DNA of 64,000 nucleotides from an uncultured bacterium (GTDB lineage Bacteria; Chloroflexota; UBA5177; JANWHV01): NCBI GenBank assembly GCA_963827235.1, contig CAWHAE010000012.1, positions 1,504,001 to 1,568,000 of the forward strand, read 5' to 3'. Shown piece by piece: positions 49,222 to 57,725 of this stretch (position 1 is its first letter; each line of letters starts with the position of its first letter). The notes under the pieces were generated by a model. It saw only the letters and a program-made list of their open reading frames with translations, ran no database searches and was not told where the DNA came from. The position numbers and the translations under genes were made by a program.

Positions 49222-50661
49222 GTGATCTATCTGCGGCAGCTGGCGAAGCAGTCATCAGTCTTGCGTCAGAAGCAGACGTACAGCAATCTGCTCTACCTTC
49301 TGGCTACGTTCCCGCTCGGCATGTCCTACTTTGTCACCCTGATGATCGGAGTATCGCTTGGCCTCGGCCTGGCCATTGTCGGCGTCGGTTTCGTGGTCCT
49401 GTTGCTCACGCTGGGACTCACCTGGACCGCGGCCAAGTTCGAGCGCTACCTGGCAGTGCGATTGCTGCGCGTCGAGATCGCCCCCCTGACCGGGCCATGG
49501 TTCCCCGACTTCAGAGGCTGGCAGCGGATCCGGGAACACCTGCGTCGCCTGACTACCTGGAAGAGCCTGACCTTCGTCGTGCTCAAGTTTCCCTTGGGCC
49601 TGATGACGTTCTGCACTGCCGCGGCACTGCTGGCAGTCTCACTCGGCCTGTTGTTCTATCCGGTGGGCATCGTGGTGCCCACCAGCAGCGGCAGCTACGA
49701 TCTCTTCACACCCGCCCGCTTGCTCTGGCAGTACGTGCCGCAGCCGCTGGCCTCGATCCTCGTGGCGGTACTGATCGCGCTGGCCTGCACGATCGGCTAC
49801 TTCCTCACCATCCTCTCGCTGATCGCGCTCAACGGCATGGCCTCCGCATGGGGACTGCTCTCACGCGGGCTGCTCGGGCAGAGCCTCACCGAGCAGCAAC
49901 TCGCGGAAGCCCGGGGAGAGGCGGCGCGCGAGCAGGCGCGAGCCGAAAGCTCCGATCAGCGCAGGCGCGAGCTGATCGTCAACGTCTCGCACGAGCTGCG
50001 GACGCCGATCGCCAACATTCGCGGGCACGTAGAGTCCCTGCGCCTGCCGCCGGGAGACCATCTCTCCGACCCGGATAAGGACCGGTACCTCGCCATCGTG
50101 GCGCGCGAGACGGAAAGGCTCAGCTCGCTGGTCGACGATCTGCTCGCGCTGGCTCGCTCGGATGCGGACGAGCTGCACCTCGACGTGCGGCCGGTGCAGG
50201 TGAACGACGTCGTGGTGGAAGTCCATCAGGCGCTCGCACCGCTGGCCGCCCGCGACAGACAGGTGTCGATGATCTGCAACGTCGCTCCGGATCTGCCCGC
50301 GGCGCTCGCCGACCGAGATCGCCTTGCCCAGGTACTGTTGAACCTGGCGCGCAACGCGATCACGGCGACCCCCGTCGGCGGTCTCGTCTTCCTCGATCTG
50401 GAGCGCGCCGACGAAGGCCATCTTCGCCTGTCGGTATCGGACACGGGCCACGGCATGCCTCCCGACGAGCTCGATCGCGTCTTCGAGCGCTTCTATCGCT
50501 CCGACACGTCGCGGCAGCGCGCCACGGGCGGGTTCGGGCTCGGCCTGGCCATTGTGCGGGACCTGGTGCAGGCCATGGGCGGCTCGGTCACGGCGACGAG
50601 CACGGTCGGTGCCGGCAGCTGCTTTACCGTCCTGCTTCGCGCGGCGCCCCGTACGGCATGA
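49222..50661 (+). CDS. Membrane sensor histidine kinase
   Basis: LLYLLATFPLG sensor-like N-terminus, NVSHELRTP, NLARNA, FERFYR, GFGLGLAI. Confidence 0.93.
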   Translation: MIYLRQLAKQSSVLRQKQTYSNLLYLLATFPLGMSYFVTLMIGVSLGLGLAIVGVGFVVLLLTLGLTWTAAKFERYLAVRLLRVEIAPLTGPWFPDFRGWQRIREHLRRLTTWKSLTFVVLKFPLGLMTFCTAAALLAVSLGLLFYPVGIVVPTSSGSYDLFTPARLLWQYVPQPLASILVAVLIALACTIGYFLTILSLIALNGMASAWGLLSRGLLGQSLTEQQLAEARGEAAREQARAESSDQRRRELIVNVSHELRTPIANIRGHVESLRLPPGDHLSDPDKDRYLAIVARETERLSSLVDDLLALARSDADELHLDVRPVQVNDVVVEVHQALAPLAARDRQVSMICNVAPDLPAALADRDRLAQVLLNLARNAITATPVGGLVFLDLERADEGHLRLSVSDTGHGMPPDELDRVFERFYRSDTSRQRATGGFGLGLAIVRDLVQAMGGSVTATSTVGAGSCFTVLLRAAPRTA

Positions 50662-50680
50662 CGAGATTGGTGGAGAGGCG

Positions 50681-51397
50681 ATGGCTAAAGTGCTGGTGGT
50701 CGAGGACGAGGTCGATCTGTGCAATCTGATCCGCAGCCACCTGGAATCCGAAGGCCATAGCGTCGTCCAGGCATTCGACGGCCCGTCGGCGCTGGCAGCG
50801 GTGGCGCGTGAGCTGCCTCACCTGATCCTCCTCGACTGGATGCTTCCCGGTATGGACGGCCTTGCCGTCTGCCGCCGGGTACGGCAAGAGCACTTGATGC
50901 CCATTATCATGCTGACCGCGCGCGGCGAGGAGATCGATCGCGTGCTCGGCCTCGAGGTCGGGGCCGACGACTACGTGGTCAAGCCCTTCAGCATCAGGGA
51001 GCTCATGGCGCGCGTGCGGGCCATGCTGCGGCGGGTTGAGCTGGATAGCCACGTCGTGGAGCGGGCGGCAAATCCCGTGCCGGCGCGGGATTTGCCGCCC
51101 GCTCCGGCTGCTCTCGTCGCCGGACCGCTCTCGATCGACCCCGCCACGCACGTGGCGGTGCTCGGCGGTGTGGCGCTCGAGCTGACTCCCAAGGAGTTCG
51201 ATCTCCTGTGCCTCTTCGTGTCGCATCCCGGACGTGCCTTCAGCCGCGATTTCCTGCTCGAGCGCCTGTGGGGTGACGACTACGAGGGCTTCGACCGCGT
51301 GGTCGACACACACGTGGCGCGCCTGCGCAAGAAGCTGGGATCGCTGGGCGAGAGCGTCGTCCCCGTGCGCGGCGTCGGCTACCGCTTCGTGCCCTGA
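50681..51397 (+). CDS. OmpR family response regulator
   Basis: VLVVEDE, LDWMLP, GADDYVVKPF, VDTHVARLRKK, VRGVGY. Confidence 0.95.
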   Translation: MAKVLVVEDEVDLCNLIRSHLESEGHSVVQAFDGPSALAAVARELPHLILLDWMLPGMDGLAVCRRVRQEHLMPIIMLTARGEEIDRVLGLEVGADDYVVKPFSIRELMARVRAMLRRVELDSHVVERAANPVPARDLPPAPAALVAGPLSIDPATHVAVLGGVALELTPKEFDLLCLFVSHPGRAFSRDFLLERLWGDDYEGFDRVVDTHVARLRKKLGSLGESVVPVRGVGYRFVP

Positions 51398-51627
51398 CAC
51401 GGAGCGTCTACGCCCGAGAGGCGCGGCGCGACGATGGGCATCCATGGCGGCTCTGGAATGGGGCATCCAGCTGCGGGTGTCGTAGCACCATGTACATGAT
51501 GTTTGGACCTTGGACTTGATGGCAAAGCCGCACAGCAACCTTTGACGGCCACGAGCGTGAACGTCGTGGGACGCCACAGCGACACGACTCAGCTGGCGAG
51601 GAACAGCTTCGGAGGCACTGAAAGACG

Positions 51628-51666
51628 TTGACCCGCCGTAGGTGCCGAGCTACTCTGTACTACAGA
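51628..51666 (+). promoter_or_regulatory. Toxin-antitoxin operon promoter with an overlapping palindromic operator
   Basis: TTGACC-17-TACTCT; TCTGTA-C-TACAGA (51654-51666) overlaps the -10. Confidence 0.65.
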
Positions 51667-51703
51667 ACGTGTTGCACCGATGGCGATGAGGGGACGGGGA
51701 GCG

Positions 51704-51994
51704 ATGGCAGCAGGAATCACCACCAGCATTCGCATGCCTGAAGAGATTCGGGAGATGTACGACATCCTCGCTCAAGCCACGGGACGGGCCAAGAACGACC
51801 TCATGGTCGAGGTCTTGCGCACCGAAGGTCAGCGACGACTCGATGAGATCGCACTAATTCTCGAAGGGCGCGAGCAAGCGCGCAGTGGAAGGTTGTCACC
51901 CCTCAACGATGTGGTGCTCCGCCTCAAGAGCAACGGTATGCTACCCGCAGACTTCGAACTGGATTCGGATGACGATGACTCAGGGTCAGCGTGA
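51704..51994 (+). CDS. Ribbon-helix-helix antitoxin
   Basis: TTSIRMPEE..LAQATGRAKNDL, acidic tail, GTGA overlap with the toxin gene. Confidence 0.8.
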   Translation: MAAGITTSIRMPEEIREMYDILAQATGRAKNDLMVEVLRTEGQRRLDEIALILEGREQARSGRLSPLNDVVLRLKSNGMLPADFELDSDDDDSGSA

Positions 51995-52290
51995 AGGTTC
52001 AGCTCACCGCGGCCGCAGAAGCGGATCTCGCCGGCATCTACACCTACTGTGCTCGTCGGTCAGGACCGGTTGCCGAACGCGTCCTGGGTGCGATCCTACG
52101 GGCGATCAACGGACTCGCCCGCTTCCCATTCATGGGCAAACCGGGAGATGTGCCTGAAACGCGCGAACGCGTGGTGGTCCGCTACCCATACCGCATCGTC
52201 TACCACGTGAATGAACGCCTCCAGATGGTAGAGGTGTGGCGCATCATGCCTCCTGGACAGGACTGGCCGCCCGCTGAGACTGACGGCTAG
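51991..52290 (+). CDS. Type II toxin, RelE/ParE family
   Basis: TAAAEADLAGIYTY, LARFPFMGKPG, RERVVVRYPYRIVY. Confidence 0.9.
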   Translation: MKVQLTAAAEADLAGIYTYCARRSGPVAERVLGAILRAINGLARFPFMGKPGDVPETRERVVVRYPYRIVYHVNERLQMVEVWRIMPPGQDWPPAETDG

Positions 52291-53025
52291 ATCCTCGACC
52301 TATTGAGCTTGCTGAGTGCATCCCTTGTGGCCGACTCTCCGAACGCGCCCTTTGCAGTGTTGCCTCCGCTCGCAACATCGGTGCTAGCCGCCTTGACCAC
52401 AGTCTTGGCGAGCACTGGCAGAGCTGCGAAGCCAGAAAGAGGAGACGCCTGGTTCGTTGACCCGCCGTTGGCGTCTGGGTTGACCGCCTGGTACGCCTTT
52501 TGCGCCTCCTGCGTGAGCTGTGCAGTGCTCGGCACTGGTGGCGGCGGTACTGAGAGTGTGGGCTGCCACAGCCCGAGCGAGAGCGGTACTGCCGCCGGCG
52601 CGTCGATGCTCTGCAGCGCGGCGCTCTCCGCCTGTACCGTCGATGAAACGACCGAGGTCGTCGGCACGGTGCTCTGGGCCATCGGACACACGCCGTCCAC
52701 CATGTTGGACCGGCAGGACATCATGCCTGTCTTGTCGTTGTAGTCCACCGGGTCGTCGCCTGCGTACGCGTAGGTGAAGATGCCCTCCTGCTGGCTGGGG
52801 TCCGGCTGCCGGGTACCCGCTCGCGGGTGTCGCTCCAGCACCGGGTCATACGCCCGCGTGGCCATCCAGTACCAGCCCAGCTCTTGGTCGTACCAGGCGC
52901 CGGCGAAGCGCAGGCGTTGCGGCACGTGCTCGCTGCTGCTTACGACCTTGCCCCAGAGGTCATACGTGTAGCGGTCCACCGTGTTGCCGGTGACGTCGGT
53001 GAGCGCGATCACGTTGCCGCGGCCG
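52287..53025 (-). pseudogene. Orphan Rhs core plus truncated alternative C-terminus
   Basis: Near copy of the core at 54441..54768 (YTYDLWG..AYDP..QPDP..DDPVDY.D.TG), then a different C-terminus that ends at the ParE stop codon. Confidence 0.85.
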
Positions 53026-53290
53026 GCTGGCTACCGCATGGCGCGCAGGACCAAACTAGCACGTCAATCCTCTAGCTTGCCGGTTAACCAACATGTGGCG
53101 ACCATGCCTCGAGTCGTTCGCTGCCCAACGCACAAGAGGATATCCCAAGCTCCATCTACATGCGCCTGATGCCAACGACGGGAGTGCAGGCGGGAACCCG
53201 AACACAGAACGGACTATCAAGAGTGGCATAACCTGAGGCACTCCTGGCATCGCCCGAAGCTATCCAGCACTGCGGCTCACGGCGTCGCTC

Positions 53291-53629
53291 CTAGCCAATC
53301 TCCAGCACCACGGCCACGCCAACCACACGCGAACCCTCGCACATCTCGAGTCGGTCTCCCACCGCGACTGAACGCCAGAACTCAGGGCAGACGGGGCGCA
53401 GCACCGCAATGCCGCCTCCTCCCGGCGGAATCTCACTTGTGCCCTCCAGCCTGAGCGGTGCGTCGTGGTAGTGTTTCTGCCCGTCACTGGTGTATCGGCC
53501 CAGCCAAAACGCCGCCCGGTATCCGTGGAACACGGGACCTCGCCGCCCCCCCTCATCCGTTGGCGTGACAACTAGATGAACGCGGACCCGAGCCGGGCCA
53601 TCCCGCCTAGCATCTTCCAGCGCTGCCAC
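53291..53629 (-). CDS. Stand-alone EF-Tu domain III-like protein, candidate Rhs immunity protein
   Basis: DEGGRRGPVFHGYRAAF..PG..GDRLEMCEGSRVVGVAVV aligns by eye with EF-Tu DEGGRHTPFFKGYRPQF..PG..GLRFAIREGGRTVGAGVV; starts 22 bp after the Rhs stop. Confidence 0.8.
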   Translation of the reverse strand: MAALEDARRDGPARVRVHLVVTPTDEGGRRGPVFHGYRAAFWLGRYTSDGQKHYHDAPLRLEGTSEIPPGGGGIAVLRPVCPEFWRSVAVGDRLEMCEGSRVVGVAVVLEIG

Positions 53630-53651
53630 TCTGCTTGGCCCCTTCTCCAGA

Positions 53652-55625
53652 TCAGGGTGCGGTAAAGCCTACGATGGTGATCAGTGACTCGGAGTTCATC
53701 CGCGCGAGCTCGGACGCATCCACAGATACCGCCGGCATACCATCTGCAGCAAAGTGTACATATGACGACTCCAGCGCCGAAGGCACATCGACTCTCACCG
53801 TGAAGAATGACTCTCCTCCCTGGCTGTACAGCATGCGGCCGAACCGCGCCGCATTCGCCGCGGAAGTTGCAAAGAGCTTGCCCTCATACGACAAGCCTCT
53901 GGGTTCGGCCCTGAAGCCTCCATTAGCTTGGATGTCCTGCGCCTCTTTGACGCTCACGACCCGATACAGTGTGGTAACCTGGGTGCCGTCCGCCGACACC
54001 TCGTTGAAGTCCGCAAGTGCTCCTGGATTCACCGTGGCATCCAGGATTACACCATCGACCGATGTTCCAGTTGAAGTCTCGTCACCTGCATCGTCGCCGC
54101 CCCCGCCCTCGCCACCACCGCCGCCGTTGGGTGGCAGCGGCGCGCCAATCGGCCCGTCGCATGCGGCGCTTGCAGACACGCCACCGGATACTGAATCGTC
54201 GATCGGACATTCACCCTCCGTCTGCGCCGCGCTCGTGGTCGTTGATGCCGGATGGAAGACGGCCGGCTGCGACGGGGCGAACTCCCGTACCGCCAGCGGC
54301 TGAACAGCCGGTGGCGCCGCCGTCATCACAGGCGCCACCGGCGCCACCGGCGCAGGGGCGTCGATGCTGGCAATCGCGGTGGTGATGGCCGCCGCCGTGG
54401 TCGAGGCAACCTCGCGCACCGGTACCGTGCTGAATGACGTCGGGCAGACCCCATCCACCATGTTGGCCCGGCACGCCATCATGCCCGTGTTGTCCTGGTA
54501 GTCCACCGGGTCGTCGCCCGCGTACGCGTACGTGAAGATCCCCTCCTGCTGGCTCGGGTCCGGTTGCAGGAACCGCTCGAGTACCGGGTCGTAGGCGCGC
54601 GTGGTCATCCAGTACCAGCCCAGCTCCTGGTCGTACCAGCCGCCGGCAAAGCGCAGGCGCTGCGGCACGGTCTCGCTGCTGCTCACCAGCGCGCCCCACA
54701 GGTCGTACGTGTAGCGGTCTACCGTGTTCCCGCTCACGTCGGTGAGCGCGATCACGTCCCCGCGGCCGTCCACCTCGTACCAGTAGCGGTTGGTGACGGC
54801 GCCAGCGGTGCGGATGAGCTCCAGCGGCGTGCCGTCCCGCCGGTAGAGATAGGTGTCGGTGGTGTTCTGGCTGCCGCTCGTCGTCACCTGCGCGAGCTCG
54901 CCGCCCCGGTACTGGAAGCTCTCGCTCAGGTTGGCGCCGCCCCCGCTCGCCGCGTACGTCATGCGCTGGCCGGCCGCGTTGTAGGTCATGCTCACGCTCA
55001 GGCCGCTGGCCTTGACTACGCTACCGAGCCGTCCCTGGGCGTCATAGAACAGGCACGTGGTACCGGTCGCGTCGCAGCCGGACTGGGCCGTGGGGCCGAT
55101 GCGCGTGGCGTGTCCGCTCTGGTCGTACGAATAGTAGGTGCTTGCGCCGCTGGTCGTCGTGCTGGCCAGCTGGTTGGCGTTGCTCGCACTGTAGGTATAG
55201 GTGGTGGTCGGGCCGCCGTTGCTGGTGCTGCTGGTCAGGTTGTCGCCCTGGTTGGCGTAGGCCCAGCTGCCCGTCACGCCCGTGCCGGTGGCGCCGGTCA
55301 GGTGCCCCAGCGCGTCGTGCGTGATGGTGAGCGTGTTGGTGGTGGTGCCGTTCACCGTGCTGGCCAGGCTGTTCGTCCAGCCAGCCTGGTCGTAGCCATA
55401 GGTGTAGGTGTTGTTTAGCGGCGAGCTCACCCCCGTCGGCCCCACGGCATCCACGTAGGTGGTGCGGCTGGCGCCGTCGTACTGCCCGTGCTGGTTGACG
55501 CTGCCGGGCAGGCCGATCGTGGTGGGCAGGTCGTTGGCGTTGCGCGTGATGCTCGTAGCGTAGGTGCCGTCGGAGATGCCGGTGGAGAGCCCGGCCGCGT
55601 TCAGAGAGAGGCTCACCGTGCTCAC
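53652..55625 (-). CDS. RHS/YD-repeat protein with C-terminal putative toxin domain, N-terminally truncated
   Basis: YD repeats (YDGASR, YDQAGW, HDALGHL, YDAQGRL), Rhs core RAYDPVLERFLQPDP..DPVDYQDNTG, linker, then a C-terminal domain of about 110 aa starting TLYRVVS. Confidence 0.9.
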   Translation of the reverse strand: MSTVSLSLNAAGLSTGISDGTYATSITRNANDLPTTIGLPGSVNQHGQYDGASRTTYVDAVGPTGVSSPLNNTYTYGYDQAGWTNSLASTVNGTTTNTLTITHDALGHLTGATGTGVTGSWAYANQGDNLTSSTSNGGPTTTYTYSASNANQLASTTTSGASTYYSYDQSGHATRIGPTAQSGCDATGTTCLFYDAQGRLGSVVKASGLSVSMTYNAAGQRMTYAASGGGANLSESFQYRGGELAQVTTSGSQNTTDTYLYRRDGTPLELIRTAGAVTNRYWYEVDGRGDVIALTDVSGNTVDRYTYDLWGALVSSSETVPQRLRFAGGWYDQELGWYWMTTRAYDPVLERFLQPDPSQQEGIFTYAYAGDDPVDYQDNTGMMACRANMVDGVCPTSFSTVPVREVASTTAAAITTAIASIDAPAPVAPVAPVMTAAPPAVQPLAVREFAPSQPAVFHPASTTTSAAQTEGECPIDDSVSGGVSASAACDGPIGAPLPPNGGGGGEGGGGDDAGDETSTGTSVDGVILDATVNPGALADFNEVSADGTQVTTLYRVVSVKEAQDIQANGGFRAEPRGLSYEGKLFATSAANAARFGRMLYSQGGESFFTVRVDVPSALESSYVHFAADGMPAVSVDASELARMNSESLITIVGFTAP

Positions 55626-55903
55626 GCCCGGCGCCGCCGTAGTAAGCGTCTACGCTCGAGAGGCGCGGCGATTCCGGTGTGAAGAACCGCGCGATCGCCC
55701 CACCGGCGGCTGCCGGCAGCATGCCTGCATCGCGTCGCAGAAATCGACCGGATCTCCTGTGCCGCGCGATGTGAGGCGGCCGGGAACGTGCTACGATGAT
55801 CCAGCCGGGATCGCCGCATTCACGGTGCGAGTGGCATCTGGCCGGCTGTTCCCGGGGACCAGGCTGCTCAGCCGTTGCCGCCTTGGCACGTACTGGAGGA
55901 ACG

Positions 55904-56913
55904 ATGAACTCGTACGAGCGCGTGATGTGCCGGTTGCGTGGCGAGCCCGTCGACCGTGCACCCAACTTCAACATCTTCATGAGTTTTGCCGCCCACCACA
56001 TCGGCCAGCCGCTCTCGCGCTACTACCTGGACTACCACGTGCTCTGCGAGGCGAACCTTGCCGTGCTGCATGACTTCTCGCTGGATATCGTCACCACCAT
56101 GTCGGACGCCTACCGCGAAACGGCAGACTGGGGCGCGGCGATCGAGTTCCCCCCGACGCGCTGCCAAAGAGCATGACGCCGTTGCTGCAGGACCTCACCG
56201 ACGTGCGCCGGCTCGTCTCTCCCGATCCCCGTACGGGCAGGCGGATGAGCGACCGGGTGCACGCCGTGCGGCTCTATCGCGAGCAAGTGGGCGGCACGGT
56301 GCCGATCATGGGCTGGGTGGAAGGCGCGCTGGCCGAGACCGCGGACCTGCGCGGCGTGTCCACGCTGATGATGGACCTACACGACAATGCCGAGCAGGTC
56401 GAGGAAGTGCTCGAGCGCTGCACCGAGAACGCCATCGAGTTCGCCCGCGTCCAGGTGGAGGCCGGCGCGGACATCATCGGGCTGGGCGATGCCGTTGCCT
56501 CGCAGATCTCGCCCAAGATGTACCAGCGGTTTGCCCTGCCCTACGAACAGCGGATCTTCGCGGCGGTCCGCGCCATGGGCGTGCTGGCGCGCCTGCACAT
56601 CTGCGGCAACATCACCAGGATCTTGCCCTTCGTGGCGCAGTGCGGAGCCGACATCATCGACGTCGACTGGATGGTCGATCTGGCCGCGGCACGCGAGATC
56701 TGCAGCCCCGCCGCGGTGTGCGGCAACTTCGACCCGGTCGCCGTGATGCTCCAGGGCACGCCCGACACGGTGCGGCAGGCAGTGACGCACGCGCTGGACC
56801 TTGGCGGGCCACGCTGCTTCAGCATGGCCGGGTGCGAAATTCCCGAGGGTACGCCGCACGCCAACCTCCTCGCACACGCCCAGGCGCTGCGGGAGTACGG
56901 CGGCGCCGCTTAG
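55904..56913 (+). CDS. Uroporphyrinogen decarboxylase / MtaA-CmuA family protein, frameshift near 56150
   Basis: MNSYERV..GEPVDRAP, GWVEGA, AGADIIGLGD, LHICGN, GNFDP, GCEIP; the shift falls in a C homopolymer. Confidence 0.88.
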
Positions 56914-57179
56914 CGCCAACCCGGCCGACGAGGCGCCGGCGTACGCTGCGAGCCGAGCGGGAACCAACTGAGGAGCGCGCTCACCTACTCGGGCACCATG
57001 CTCGCATGCCCTGAACGGGCACTGCGGAGATGGGCACCTCCACCTATACTTGGGGTACTCGAGCAGCAACTGCTACCTCGTGCCCCTGAAGACGACCGTC
57101 ACGCGCCTCGGCTTCCAACGGTGCGGTGAGCAGGCTAGTGCCGTGCGTGCAGCTCACCAAGGCCAGCGAGGAGAAAACC

Positions 57180-57671
57180 ATGGCGCAGACCGTGTCGCGA
57201 CGTCGTATGCCGGCTTTTCTGGGCGGTCTCTTCAAGCACCGTGCCGCCGGTGACGCCGGTCATGACCATCGATTGGCATGGGACGATTCGCTCTCCGTCC
57301 ACGTGGCAAAGATCGACGAGCAGCACAAGGTCCTCGTCGGGTTGGTCAACGAGCTGGACGATTCCATCCGGCAGGGGCGCGATCGGAAGGTCGTGGGCAG
57401 CGTGCTGGAAAGCCTGATCGAGTACACGCAGACCCACTTCGCCAGCGAGGAAGACAGCATGGTGCTCTACCGGTATCCCACGTACGCACGGCACAAGAGC
57501 GAGCACGACATGCTGACCAGCAAGGTGCTGGACCTGCGGCAGCACTACCGCGAAGGCACCGCGGTCGTCGGCGCGGACGTCCTGCGTTTCCTGCGCACCT
57601 GGCTGGTCGGGCATATTCAGGGCATGGACAAGGTGTTCGGCAACTACCTGAACGGCCAGGGCGTGCACTGA
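57180..57671 (+). CDS. Bacteriohemerythrin
   Basis: IDEQH, HFASEE, HKSEH, WLVGHIQGMD iron ligands. Confidence 0.93.
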   Translation: MAQTVSRRRMPAFLGGLFKHRAAGDAGHDHRLAWDDSLSVHVAKIDEQHKVLVGLVNELDDSIRQGRDRKVVGSVLESLIEYTQTHFASEEDSMVLYRYPTYARHKSEHDMLTSKVLDLRQHYREGTAVVGADVLRFLRTWLVGHIQGMDKVFGNYLNGQGVH

Positions 57672-57725
57672 GAGAGACGAGAGGGCCCTCGGGTCCCGAT
57701 CGTCATTCCCTGAATACCGACACCA

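Noticed and set aside
53030-53290. Short ORFs between the EF-Tu-like gene and the orphan Rhs
   Set aside because: No RBS or recognisable motif; possibly decayed cassette DNA, but this cannot be supported.
53291-53629. EF-Tu-like ORF read as a broken tuf pseudogene
   Set aside because: It is too divergent from EF-Tu, has insertions, its own start and an intact frame, and has no domain I/II remnants or ribosomal gene context.
56940-57170. Coding-like stretch upstream of the hemerythrin gene
   Set aside because: No start, RBS or family signature; at most a gene remnant.
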